The notes under the pieces were generated by a model. That model was not told the DNA's origin and made no database searches. It was given only the letters and a program-made list of their open reading frames with translations. Of a stretch of 64,000 nt of DNA, positions 10,470 to 19,038 are shown one piece after another. Every line of letters starts with the position of its first letter. The first letter of the stretch is position 1. The translations under genes were made by a program, and so were the position numbers. The stretch covers positions 1,888,001 through 1,952,000 of the forward strand of contig OZ250165.1 in NCBI GenBank assembly GCA_965238005.1. Direction: 5' to 3'. This DNA comes from Longimicrobiales bacterium (GTDB lineage Bacteria > Gemmatimonadota > Gemmatimonadetes > Longimicrobiales > Gaopeijiaceae).

Positions 10470-11136
10470 GGTCACCTCGCTCGCTCGGGTCTTCCTCGCT
10501 CGGGTCTTCCTCGCTCGGGTCTTCCTCGCTCGGAGCTTTCTCGCTCGGAGCTTGCTCGCCCGGACCATCCGCCGAAGGCCCGCCAACCAAACGCTCCTCT
10601 TCCGACCATTCTCTTCTGCGTACCTGGGCCATGAGCAGGAGCACACCCACCATGGCGGTGAAGATCACCGTGGTCTCCCCCATGGTGTCGTAGCCCCGAT
10701 AGCTGGCCAGGACCGACGTCACCACGTTGGGCACGCCGATCTCGTGGCCTGACTCCTCCAGGTAGTAGTCGGCCACGTGGTGGTGGACGGGATTCGCAGG
10801 GTCTCCGTACGGAGGCATATCCAGGGTGCCGTAGACGAGCGCGCCGCCCGTCACGAGCACGACGAACAGGGGCAGAAGAGCGGGTCTGGACGGGCCCTTC
10901 GAGGTGTGCCCCACCAGCGCCATGCATCCGAGCATGAGGACCGTGGAGATCCCTGCACCCACCGACGCCTCGGTGAAGGCCACGTCCACGGCGTCCATGA
11001 CCGTGAAGAGGGCCGCCGACAGGAGGCTGAAGATGCCCGCCAGCATCGCCACGGCAAACAGGTTCCTGAGCTTCAAGAGCGCCAGCGCCGTCACCGCCAG
11101 CATGACCAGGAGGAAGACGTCGACCAGGACTTCTAT
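10459..11136 (-). CDS. DUF4040 + MnhB-N membrane subunit (detached C-terminal part of MrpA)
   Basis: DAVDVAFTEASVGAGIST, PNVVTSVLASYRGYDTMGE. Start is either ATG 11103 or, more probably, ATA 11136 after GGAGGAGG. Confidence 0.85.
   Translation of the reverse strand: MEVLVDVFLLVMLAVTALALLKLRNLFAVAMLAGIFSLLSAALFTVMDAVDVAFTEASVGAGISTVLMLGCMALVGHTSKGPSRPALLPLFVVLVTGGALVYGTLDMPPYGDPANPVHHHVADYYLEESGHEIGVPNVVTSVLASYRGYDTMGETTVIFTAMVGVLLLMAQVRRREWSEEERLVGGPSADGPGEQAPSEKAPSEEDPSEEDPSEEDPSERGDHGG
10478..10562. repeat. 15-bp tandem repeat (about 5 copies, decaying) encoding (P)SEED/(P)SEKA in the DUF4040 tail
   Basis: ctcgctcgggtcttc x3 followed by ctcgctcggagcttt and ctcgctcggagcttg. Confidence 0.9.
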
Positions 11137-11459
11137 GAGTCACCTCCTCCGAAGTCGATTCGGATCGGGACCACGTTGCCGTGGAGGGCGGCCCGGGAGA
11201 GGGCATAGGTGGCGATAGGACTCGTGAAGAGGAGGAACCCCCAGATCAGGAGGAGCCGCACGGCCACGAGGGTGATGCCCGCCTGGAACGACATGCCGAT
11301 GAGCAAGAGGCCCGCTCCCATGGTGTCCGTCATCCCCGCCGCGTGGAGCCGCGTGTAGACGTCCGGCATGCGAATGACGCCGACCGCGCCCACCACGATG
11401 AAGAAGATACCCCCGAGGATGCAGACCCAGCTCAGGACGTCGGCCATCATTTCCATCAC
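11133..11459 (-). CDS. mrpG: Mrp antiporter subunit G
   Basis: RMPDVYTRLHAAGMTDTMG, FTSPIATYAL. Confidence 0.9.
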   Translation of the reverse strand: MMEMMADVLSWVCILGGIFFIVVGAVGVIRMPDVYTRLHAAGMTDTMGAGLLLIGMSFQAGITLVAVRLLLIWGFLLFTSPIATYALSRAALHGNVVPIRIDFGGGDS

Positions 11460-11746
11460 GCCTCGCCCCGCGAGACGGCGCTACTCGCCCCGCGTCCCAA
11501 ATTGCCCACCTCGAAGAACTTCAGCACGGCGATGGTGCCGATGAAGTTGATGAGGGCGTAGACCAGGGCGAGGTCCAGGAACTCCGGGCGCCCCGCGAGA
11601 AAGCCCAGGACCGCGATGAGAAGCACCGTCTTCGTCCCAAACATGTTGAGGGCCATGACCCGGTCGTAGACCGTGGGCCCCAGGAGCGCCCGCGTCATGG
11701 CCAGCGTCATGCTTACCATCAGGCCCGCCGTCGCCACGACGAACAT
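11456..11746 (-). CDS. mrpF: Mrp antiporter subunit F
   Basis: GPTVYDRVMALN, DLALVYALINFIGTIAVLKF. Confidence 0.9.
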   Translation of the reverse strand: MFVVATAGLMVSMTLAMTRALLGPTVYDRVMALNMFGTKTVLLIAVLGFLAGRPEFLDLALVYALINFIGTIAVLKFFEVGNLGRGASSAVSRGEA

Positions 11747-12222
11747 CAGGAAGCACCCTCCACCCAGGACACGCGCCGGTCCATCTCGTCTTCCTCGCGG
11801 CCGTCCACGTCGTGCCAGGTCAGGGCATGGATCTCGAGCTCGTCACCGTTCACCCCCGTCGTGATGGTTCCGGGTGTCAGGGTGATGGAGTTCGCATAGA
11901 TCACGCGTCCCAGGTCGGTCTTCTGGGAGGCGTTGAAGACGACCGTGATCGGGCTGATGGGAAGGCTGGGGGTAAGGATGATCCGGGCCACGTTGAGATT
12001 GGCCACCCAGATCTCCTTGAGAAGCCAAGGAAAGTAACCGAGGAACCGTCCCGTAATGGAGAGGGGAACACCCTCGTGGTCCACCACGTCCATGCGGTGA
12101 GCGATGTAGACGACCAGCGCGCAGGAGCCGACGCCGAATCCCAGAACCAGAGGCGTGTAGTGCCCGGAAAGGAGAAGCCACAGGGCGAAGAGCGCCGCTC
12201 CCAAGCCCACAACTCTTGCCAA
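11746..12222 (-). CDS. mrpE: Mrp antiporter subunit E
   Basis: EIWVANLNVARIIL, ANSITLTPGTIT, IHAL. Confidence 0.92.
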   Translation of the reverse strand: MARVVGLGAALFALWLLLSGHYTPLVLGFGVGSCALVVYIAHRMDVVDHEGVPLSITGRFLGYFPWLLKEIWVANLNVARIILTPSLPISPITVVFNASQKTDLGRVIYANSITLTPGTITTGVNGDELEIHALTWHDVDGREEDEMDRRVSWVEGAS

Positions 12223-12291
12223 TCCGACTCCTTCGCTCCGTGTTGGATGCCCCCCGGACAGAACCGTCCAGGCTGATTTCGGACGCCAAAC

Positions 12292-12894
12292 CTACCAGTT
12301 TGACTGGGCGCCGTCCACGATGCTTTGAACGATTAGCTCGATGGCCTCCGCCCGACCCACCTCCTCGGTTTCGCTCTCCTCCAGGTACTGCCCTCGCGCG
12401 CTGAGGGCGAGGTCGTCCCACAGGATCACATTCTGGACCCGGTCGATCAGCTCGACCTCCACCCGGATGCTCACCTGGCGCTGGAGAACCTCCACCTGGT
12501 CTCTCTGCCGGCCGGGTCGGAACAGGGGGGTCGTCAAGTCGTACCGGATGATGCGGCCTTGGACGATCGCATCGGCGACCTCCTCACCGGCGTTCGTGAT
12601 GCCTAGGGCTCGGGGCAGCTCGCGAAGCAGCTTGTCGTGGATCTCCTGAGTCAGCTCGAAGCGGTTGGTGTCGTTCTCGAATGGCAGGATGGCAACGGTC
12701 CGGATGTGGTCGGGGAAGCTCCCCGATCCGAAGCTGTAGTTGCACCCGGCCACGCATGCGACCAGGCACGACACGATCAGACCCCGGACGGGGCCTCTGA
12801 TCAACTCCCTTATCGCTCCCTGGATCACGACACGGCCCCCACCGTTAGCGGTGGGGACTCCAGATGTCGGCTGGGTAAGACTCCACATGCTCAA
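12292..12894 (-). CDS. LptE-family LPS assembly lipoprotein
   Basis: Lipobox VAGC-NYSF, PDHIRTVAILPFENDT, C-terminal ...GAQSNW. Start uncertain. Confidence 0.72.
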   Translation of the reverse strand: MSMWSLTQPTSGVPTANGGGRVVIQGAIRELIRGPVRGLIVSCLVACVAGCNYSFGSGSFPDHIRTVAILPFENDTNRFELTQEIHDKLLRELPRALGITNAGEEVADAIVQGRIIRYDLTTPLFRPGRQRDQVEVLQRQVSIRVEVELIDRVQNVILWDDLALSARGQYLEESETEEVGRAEAIELIVQSIVDGAQSNW

Positions 12895-13579
12895 CGGACT
12901 CGACGGTTATCTTGAGCTCTCTGAACGAGGCCAGATTGCGGTAGGTGGCCCCGCGGGGCAACTCCCACTCCACCTCACGGTCCAGGGCGACCCGATGGAG
13001 GGCGCTCCCGTCATGAAAGAGCTCGACGCCGGTCAGCTTGCCGTCACGAAGCTCATACCAGAGCTCGTCGCCGTCGCCGAGCGCATATCGCAGCCGAAGG
13101 GCCTCATCTCGCTCCTCCGCTCCCAGGAGCGTCACGCCGTCACCCGGCCTGAACACTCCCAGAGACGCCCACAGAAGGGGCGGAGACGGGACGACCTGCA
13201 AGGAAGTTCCTTCGGGGGCCCGCAGATCGTCGTCGACCAACGCGACGGCCAGGACCGATTGCCCGTTTCCCAGGAATAGATCCATGCGCGCCCGGTCAGG
13301 CGGCTCGAGGCGGGCCACACCGTCGCCTCCGACCCAGAGGTTGGGCTCCCGGATGCTCCACTTGAAGAAGACGCGAGCGGCACGCGGGAACGGGTTGCTC
13401 TTCGTCGCCGCCGCTACGGCCTGCTGCGCGTCCACGGTCGGAGCGGGAAGCTCCGGCGGCGAGCCGCCACAGGTCGTCCCCACCATCGCAGCGACCGCCA
13501 ATGAGAAGGCAAACCTGATCTTCAGGACTCCTATCGCCGTCATGAGGGCGCCGCCCCTGATCTCCGTGGTCTCGTTCAC
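12845..13579 (-). CDS. Hypothetical lipoprotein (LolB-like fold possible)
   Basis: Hydrophobic signal with Cys (GTTCGG), GVARLEPPDRARMDLF; co-oriented with the lptE-like gene. Confidence 0.65.
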   Translation of the reverse strand: MNETTEIRGGALMTAIGVLKIRFAFSLAVAAMVGTTCGGSPPELPAPTVDAQQAVAAATKSNPFPRAARVFFKWSIREPNLWVGGDGVARLEPPDRARMDLFLGNGQSVLAVALVDDDLRAPEGTSLQVVPSPPLLWASLGVFRPGDGVTLLGAEERDEALRLRYALGDGDELWYELRDGKLTGVELFHDGSALHRVALDREVEWELPRGATYRNLASFRELKITVESVEHVESYPADIWSPHR

Positions 13580-13697
13580 TGATCCGTGCGGGTCATCACG
13601 TCACGCGGGGGAGACCCCCGCCCCGATCGAGCGTTCCAAGTGCCCCCTGCAAACGTACTTCCCCAGGGTAATACACACAGTTTACTTTCCGATCCCC

Positions 13698-14435
13698 ATG
13701 TCAGAGAAACCCATCCATCTCGCAAGCGACATTCACCTCGGGGTCGTCCCGCCGGAGACCGAAGACGCGTTCCAGGGTTGGCTCGAGCATACGGGCACGG
13801 CGGCGTCGCAGCTCATCCTCAACGGGGACCTCTTCGATTTCTGGTTCGAGTACCGTTCGGCGGTTCCCCGCGGCCACACCCGGGTGCTCGGTGCTCTCGC
13901 GAGGCTCGTGGACGGAGGGGTCCCGGTGACGCTCATGGGTGGCAATCACGACTGGTGGGGGGGATCCTTCCTGACCGACGAGATCGGGGTCACGTTCATG
14001 CGGGATCCCGTGCTGCTGGACCTTGCTGGCTTCCGCACGTTTCTAGCTCACGGCGACGGCCTCGGGCGTGGCGACCTGAGATATCGCGTTCTTCGCACGG
14101 TGTTGCGCAGCCGGATCACCCGATGGTCCTTCCGGTGGCTCCATCCCGACGTGGGGGCGGCCCTGGCCGACCGTGCCTCGAAGACCGAGCATCGGCTGAC
14201 GGGACCTTCCGACAGGGAGCGCACCCGGGCCCTGGTGCTGCAGGAGTGGGGTCGACAAAAGCTCAAAGACGAGCCCGACCTGGACCTCGTGGTCCTCGGA
14301 CACACCCACATTCCCACCCTCGAAGAGGTCGAGCCCCGCCGCTACTACGTGAACGCCGGAGACTGGGTCCACCACCGGAGCTACCTGGTGTTGCGCGAGG
14401 GGGAGCCGCCGATGCTCAGGGAGTGGCAGGGCTAG
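13698..14435 (+). CDS. lpxH: UDP-2,3-diacylglucosamine diphosphatase (LpxH family metallophosphoesterase)
   Basis: SDIHLG, GDLFDFWFEY, GNHD, AHGDG, GHTH, NAGDW. Start ATG 13698 (MSEKPIHL). Confidence 0.85.
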   Translation: MSEKPIHLASDIHLGVVPPETEDAFQGWLEHTGTAASQLILNGDLFDFWFEYRSAVPRGHTRVLGALARLVDGGVPVTLMGGNHDWWGGSFLTDEIGVTFMRDPVLLDLAGFRTFLAHGDGLGRGDLRYRVLRTVLRSRITRWSFRWLHPDVGAALADRASKTEHRLTGPSDRERTRALVLQEWGRQKLKDEPDLDLVVLGHTHIPTLEEVEPRRYYVNAGDWVHHRSYLVLREGEPPMLREWQG

Positions 14436-14452
14436 TGTGGTTCCCACACTAG
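14432..14452. repeat. Perfect hairpin CTAGTGTGG-ttc-CCACACTAG supplying both stop codons of convergent genes (possible MITE footprint or terminator)
   Basis: 9-bp perfect inverted repeat; TAG stops at 14433-35 (+) and 14449-51 (-). Confidence 0.7.
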
Positions 14453-15075
14453 CGGAACGGATCGAACGGCAGCGAGAACGCGAGCTCTACCCCCATGTTC
14501 GGTAGAGGCCGGATCGCGGCCTCAAGTGGCTCCGGGAAGTCGGCCAGGTGGGCCGCCACGAACGCATCGGCACCCCCCAGGAACAGAAAGAAGATCCCGA
14601 CGGCCAGCCAGTCTTCCCTCTGCTGCGAGCGGATCTCCACCAGCTCCTCGGCGTCCTGTACCGCTTCATCCTCGTCGACGAGGTTGACGATCTCCACCGG
14701 GTCGACCGTGCCTTCGCTGATCACCCGCGCCTCGGCCCGTCTCAGGGCCACGATGTCCCTGGCGCTCCCCAGGGCCTTAGACGTCTTCAGGATCATCCAG
14801 AGGCTCATCGACTCTACGCCGAAGTAGAACGCTCCTCGATCGGGCGATCCCACCGTGGCTTGGCCCCAGCCAGGTATGAGCACGGAGCGCAGAAAGGCGC
14901 CGCCGGCGCTGTGTCGACGCGGTGCGCTCGCGGAGTCGGTCGCCGCAGCTTCCCCGGCCGGCGGATCGGCCACGGGATCCTGCGCCCGAGCGCAGGTCGG
15001 CGCCAGCGCGAGGCCCGTCGCCACGAGGCTCACGGTGAGGAGTGCAGTAGCCGCAACTCTGGTAGGGACCCTCAA
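14449..15075 (-). CDS. DUF5683-like membrane/secreted protein
   Basis: Signal peptide, GAFLRSVLIPGWGQ, QQREDWL...ADAFVAAHL. Start TTG 15075 or GTG 15081; the longer track ORF extends into unrelated DNA. Confidence 0.7.
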   Translation of the reverse strand: MRVPTRVAATALLTVSLVATGLALAPTCARAQDPVADPPAGEAAATDSASAPRRHSAGGAFLRSVLIPGWGQATVGSPDRGAFYFGVESMSLWMILKTSKALGSARDIVALRRAEARVISEGTVDPVEIVNLVDEDEAVQDAEELVEIRSQQREDWLAVGIFFLFLGGADAFVAAHLADFPEPLEAAIRPLPNMGVELAFSLPFDPFR

Positions 15076-15194
15076 TCGCACCCCTTCTCGTGCCTGGTGG
15101 GAGTCGAACGCGCGAGGGGAGAATCTACCCTCGACGATACGGCGAACAAAACGCCACACCGATCTACTACACCCGAATGCAGTTCCACGTTGTG

Positions 15195-15482
15195 CTATCC
15201 GGGGGGAAAGTGGGGACGAGCTTTCGGGCCGAGGGCGTTGCCGCCCATGGGAAGCGTGAGCCGGCCGGTGTTGAGCGTGACCAGGGCGAGCTTCAACCCC
15301 GCGTCTTCTTTCCCCATCGCCTTCACATAGGTGCGTTGCGAGAGCGCCAAGCCGCCGTACTCCCGTGGGATCTTGATGCCGAACGCGCCGATCGCCTTCA
15401 TGGCTTCCTGTTCGGTTACGCGCCGTTCTGGTATTGTTTTGAGCGCCTGCGCTGTTTTGGGCGCCGTCAGTGTGGTAGTCAT
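15195..15482 (-). pseudogene. Acyl-CoA dehydrogenase remnant collapsed by internal deletions
   Basis: MTTTLT...VTEQEAM|KAIGAFGIKIPREYGGLALSQRTYVKAM|GKEDAGLKLALVTLNTGRLTLP: motifs normally far apart in ACADs are juxtaposed in 95 aa. Confidence 0.75.
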
Positions 15483-15616
15483 GGCAATGATACCTTGAAG
15501 TGGCCGAGCGACACCTAGGATCAGGAGATCCTGCCAGAGAATCCGGCGACTTCTTTCTGTTGGCAGTGAGGGCGCCAAGGGCTCGATCTCTTACACTCCC
15601 GATTGCCGAGGATTGA

Positions 15617-16231
15617 GTGGCGGGCACGACAACGAGTGGCGCAGCGAGAGCTACGTCCGTGGACGATCCCGGCTTCGCGGCGCGGATCAGAGAGCGCGAT
15701 GCCCAAGCGCTCGAGGAGGTCGTTCGCCGTTATCTCCCTCAAATCGTCCGCGCCGCCCGCGGTGCCGGCTTCGCCCCTCAACTGGCCGAGGACGTCGCGC
15801 AGGACACCTTCGTCACCTTCATCGAGACGGCGCCCCGATTTGAGGGCCGATCCCATGTCCGGACCTGGCTGTTCGGTATCCTGTACAAGAAGATTGCCGC
15901 AGCGCGGCGGAATTCGCGGCGCGACAATGAGATGGACGACATCGAGGAAGTCTTCGAGCAGCGGTTTGATGACGCCGGGAGCTGGACGCGGCCACCGCTC
16001 CCGGTGGACGCGGAGGTCTACGATGCCGAGGTGCGGAGGGGAATTGACGGCTGTCTGGACCGGGTTCCAACCAACCAGCGGATGGCCTTCGTCCTGCGTG
16101 AGATCGAGGGGATGGATACCCTAGAAATCTGTAAGATTCTGGAGGTCACGCGCACCAACCTAGGAGTCCTTCTGCATCGGGTCCGCAATCGCCTGCGGGA
16201 ATGCCTGGAAGCCAAGGGTATCGAGCCATGA
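15617..16231 (+). CDS. ECF RNA polymerase sigma factor
   Basis: AEDVAQDTF, FEGRSHVRTWLFGILYKK, FVLREIEG...EICKILEVTRTNLGVLLHRVRNRLRECLE. Confidence 0.93.
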   Translation: MAGTTTSGAARATSVDDPGFAARIRERDAQALEEVVRRYLPQIVRAARGAGFAPQLAEDVAQDTFVTFIETAPRFEGRSHVRTWLFGILYKKIAAARRNSRRDNEMDDIEEVFEQRFDDAGSWTRPPLPVDAEVYDAEVRRGIDGCLDRVPTNQRMAFVLREIEGMDTLEICKILEVTRTNLGVLLHRVRNRLRECLEAKGIEP

Positions 16232-16545
16232 TCAACATGCCGAACTGTAAAGAAGTTGCGCGCCTCTTTGCCAGCGAGGAGCTCGCCGACGCCGCATGGT
16301 TGAGCCGGGCTCTTGTCCGGTTCCACTTCCTCAGGTGCCGCGACTGCCGAGGCTACGCGGCTCAGCTTCGAGCCATCGGGGCTGCTGCGCGGGACCGGTG
16401 GGACTCGGGCGTGGCGGACAGAGCAAGCTTCGAGAAGCTTGAAAGCTCGATCCTGGAGCGATGCCTCGATGCATCGGATGCGAATATTGAGGACGGGCGC
16501 GGTCGCGAGCCCGAACCTCCCGCAACTCAGACCGATCCGCACTAA
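16228..16545 (+). CDS. Soluble zinc-finger (zf-HC2/ZAS) anti-sigma factor
   Basis: NCKEVARL...HFLRCRDC (HxxxCxxC); ATGA overlap with the sigma gene. Confidence 0.85.
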   Translation: MINMPNCKEVARLFASEELADAAWLSRALVRFHFLRCRDCRGYAAQLRAIGAAARDRWDSGVADRASFEKLESSILERCLDASDANIEDGRGREPEPPATQTDPH

Positions 16546-16564
16546 ACGCACCACACACCGAAGC

Positions 16565-16598
16565 ATCTGTAAGATCTTGGGGGTCACGCGCACTAACC
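16565..16598 (+). repeat. 34-bp copy of the sigma region-4 coding sequence (16127-16160)
   Basis: 30/34 identical; reads ICKILGVTRTN versus ICKILEVTRTN. Confidence 0.8.
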
Positions 16599-16679
16599 CT
16601 GTGAGTGCTACTGGACACCAACGTGGCGTCGACAAGCCGCGGGCCAGTTAGCTGAGCCTTACAGGAAGGAGTTCGTGCG

Positions 16680-17366
16680 ATGATTGCCTCTCATGCCACA
16701 CTGAGTTTCTTTGCTGTCCTTGCCCTAGCGGGCTGCACCACTATGCGAGTACGGACGGACTACGACGCGGATGTGTCGTTCACGCAGTTGAGCACGTACG
16801 ACTGGGGCGACCGGGAGGCGGACGCGAGCGCTGATCCGGCCGTGAATAGCCCATTGTTGGAACGGCATATCCAAGACGCCGTAGAGGGCGAACTCGGCAG
16901 GATGGGTTATCGCAAGGTGACGTCTGACACTCCTGACTTCCGGATCGTCTACCGCGTGACGGCAGAGGAGAAGTCGAGGATCGATGGATCCTCTGGCTAT
17001 GGATCCTACGGCTACTACGGCTATGGAGGACCGTACGTGTACCCGCGGTCCTCTTATCGAGGGTCCTTTGGCCTTTCGCTTTATGGTGGCCGATACGTCA
17101 GGCCGTTCTATGGCTATCCGGGCGCCGGATACGGATACGGATACGGGGGTACGGGCCGCGTACGCGAATACCTGCGCGGAACCTTGGTTCTGGACATAAT
17201 CGATGTCCGAACAGACGAAGTCGTCTTTCGGGGGTCGGCCACAAAATCGCTGCATCTTGATCCGGATCCGAAGAAGGTCCGGATGTATGTCAGCAAGGCG
17301 GTGGACAAGATCCTGAAGGACTTCCCGCCGGCAAGGTCATCGGGCCAGCTTGTCGCAGCAGGCTGA
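16680..17366 (+). CDS. DUF4136 lipoprotein
   Basis: LAGC lipobox, TDYDADVSF...TYDW, EYLRGTLVLDIID, ILKDFPP; Gly/Tyr-rich middle segment. Confidence 0.85.
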   Translation: MIASHATLSFFAVLALAGCTTMRVRTDYDADVSFTQLSTYDWGDREADASADPAVNSPLLERHIQDAVEGELGRMGYRKVTSDTPDFRIVYRVTAEEKSRIDGSSGYGSYGYYGYGGPYVYPRSSYRGSFGLSLYGGRYVRPFYGYPGAGYGYGYGGTGRVREYLRGTLVLDIIDVRTDEVVFRGSATKSLHLDPDPKKVRMYVSKAVDKILKDFPPARSSGQLVAAG

Positions 17367-17370
17367 TTAA

Positions 17371-17469
17371 CGGCACAATCCTGGCATCGCGGCACAGTCT
17401 CGGTAGCAAGAAGGGGCTCCGGCCTGGTTCACACTGAACCGCCGGAGCCCCTAAGTCGTTGCCGCTCAG
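17371..17469 (+). repeat. ~100-bp direct repeat, copy 1 (att-arm-like with long hairpin)
   Basis: cggcacaatcc...cggcacagt...aggggctccggc-ctggttcacactgaacc-gccggagcccct-aagtcgttgccgctcag; near-identical to 19039-19137. Confidence 0.92.
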
Positions 17470-17498
17470 AAGAGGCCGACTTCGGCCCTCACCTCTAC

Positions 17499-17536
17499 TA
17501 CGTAATCTGACAGCTATTGCTACGTCATCTGACGTA
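17499..17536. promoter_or_regulatory. Tandem palindromic operator-like sites upstream of island genes
   Basis: Perfect palindrome TACGTCA-TC-TGACGTA (17521-17536) and a degenerate copy tacgtaatctgacagc (17499-17514). Confidence 0.45.
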
Positions 17537-17653
17537 TGAAGGATGTTCCTCGCCCGTGACACCTTGTTCTCGAGCGTGTGTGTGCACGAGGTCGGCACAC
17601 GGCGACACAGGGATACGCCGAGGGGAAACATCCCTAATACCTCGGAGGACATA

Positions 17654-18223
17654 ATGAGGTGCTTCTCGATCACCGCTTTCGTTCTTGTTGTTCCCGTCCT
17701 GGCGGCTGACGTGTCGTCGGTCGGCGGCCAGGTGGCCCCTTCCCTCGGACAGGGAAGTCGGGTGCGCATCACCGCACCGTCCCTCGGACTGAATGAGGCC
17801 GTTGGGGCCGTTCAGGAGGCCACGGACGAAGCATTCGTCATCCAGTTCGAGTTTCCCCGTCGCGTGGGGCCGGTCGAGCGCTCCGAGATCGCGGCGATGG
17901 ACGTCTCGATCCAGCGGCAACGTAAAGTCCTCAAGGGCTTGGGTGTCGGTCTGTTGTTGGGTGCGGCCAGCGGCGTGGTGATCGGGCTGGCGAGCGGTGA
18001 CGATGAGGGTGGCTTGATCGCCTTCACGGCCGAGGAGAAGGCACTCATGGCTGGTGCGATGCTCGGTCTCACCGGCGGTGTGGTGGGCCTGATCGTCGGG
18101 TTGGTTCGGCGGCATGACGTCTGGTCCCCAGTATTGCCTGGGGACGTCGACCTGACGGTTCTGCCGCTTGTTCGCGAAGGTGGTGCCGGACTACACGTAG
18201 GCCTCGCCCTTCGATTCCAGTGA
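17654..18223 (+). CDS. Hypothetical secreted/membrane protein
   Basis: RBS GGAGG then ATG 17654; signal peptide, GSRVRITAP, glycine-zipper hydrophobic segments. Confidence 0.7.
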   Translation: MRCFSITAFVLVVPVLAADVSSVGGQVAPSLGQGSRVRITAPSLGLNEAVGAVQEATDEAFVIQFEFPRRVGPVERSEIAAMDVSIQRQRKVLKGLGVGLLLGAASGVVIGLASGDDEGGLIAFTAEEKALMAGAMLGLTGGVVGLIVGLVRRHDVWSPVLPGDVDLTVLPLVREGGAGLHVGLALRFQ

Positions 18224-18241
18224 CGTAGGGAGGCATCCCTC

Positions 18242-19006
18242 ATGAGCACATCCTCGACTCGGCAACTCTACCGGCAGACCGTTCTGTTCGCGCTGCTCGC
18301 CGGCGCGCCCTCGTGCGTGGAAACGGTCCGGGTTCCGCTCGCGGTGCCGCTCCCGGCGGTCGGTGGAAGTCGGCCTGCGACCCCACAGGGTCTACAATTC
18401 ATCGGCGAATTCGGTGACGGCTTGTGGGGGCAGGAGCAGGAGCGAGCGGAGATGGCAGGCGGGGGCGTCGGCTTCGCCATGCGGGACCGGTTCGAGTTCA
18501 GCGCCTCGGGCTACGGCTCCACGCGTACAGTCCAGGACTCATTCGGCAACGACCATAACGGTGCGAACGTCACGGGGGTTCGCGGCAAGGTGCGGCTCGG
18601 TGACCTCGTGGGAGGCCGGGCCTCCATCGGTGTCCACCTTGCACACATGAGCTCCCAACGAAAGCGTCCTGACGTCCAAGACGAGCGGCTGACTGCTTGG
18701 GACGTCGCACTTCCACTGACGTTCTACCCCGTCGGTGATCAGTTTATAGACCACCGATGGGGGGTGTACGCGGCCCCGCGGCTGGTCTTCCAGAGGCTGG
18801 AGGACAGGATGACGCTGACGACCTCGAGCGGAACGCTGGCCGCCGCCCTGCTGGGCGTGGTGGCCCGATGGCGACACGTCGCCGTGACGGGTGAGATGAA
18901 TCTCGCCCATACGCCGAGCATGCGGTTCGGGAACACGACGTTCCAGGGTCGATGGATTCTACTCCCCATGGCCAGCGTGAGCGGGATCCTTCCAATAGGG
19001 GATTGA
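18242..19006 (+). CDS. Hypothetical lipoprotein/outer-membrane beta-barrel-like protein
   Basis: RBS GGAGG; signal with APSC; alternating amphipathic strands. Confidence 0.65.
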   Translation: MSTSSTRQLYRQTVLFALLAGAPSCVETVRVPLAVPLPAVGGSRPATPQGLQFIGEFGDGLWGQEQERAEMAGGGVGFAMRDRFEFSASGYGSTRTVQDSFGNDHNGANVTGVRGKVRLGDLVGGRASIGVHLAHMSSQRKRPDVQDERLTAWDVALPLTFYPVGDQFIDHRWGVYAAPRLVFQRLEDRMTLTTSSGTLAAALLGVVARWRHVAVTGEMNLAHTPSMRFGNTTFQGRWILLPMASVSGILPIGD

Positions 19007-19038
19007 AGAGCAACCGCCCCTCCAGAAGTAGTCCGCTA

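Noticed and set aside
10478..10562. Tandem repeat considered as a CRISPR array
   Set aside because: 15-bp units without spacers, inside a coding tail; no cas genes in the window.
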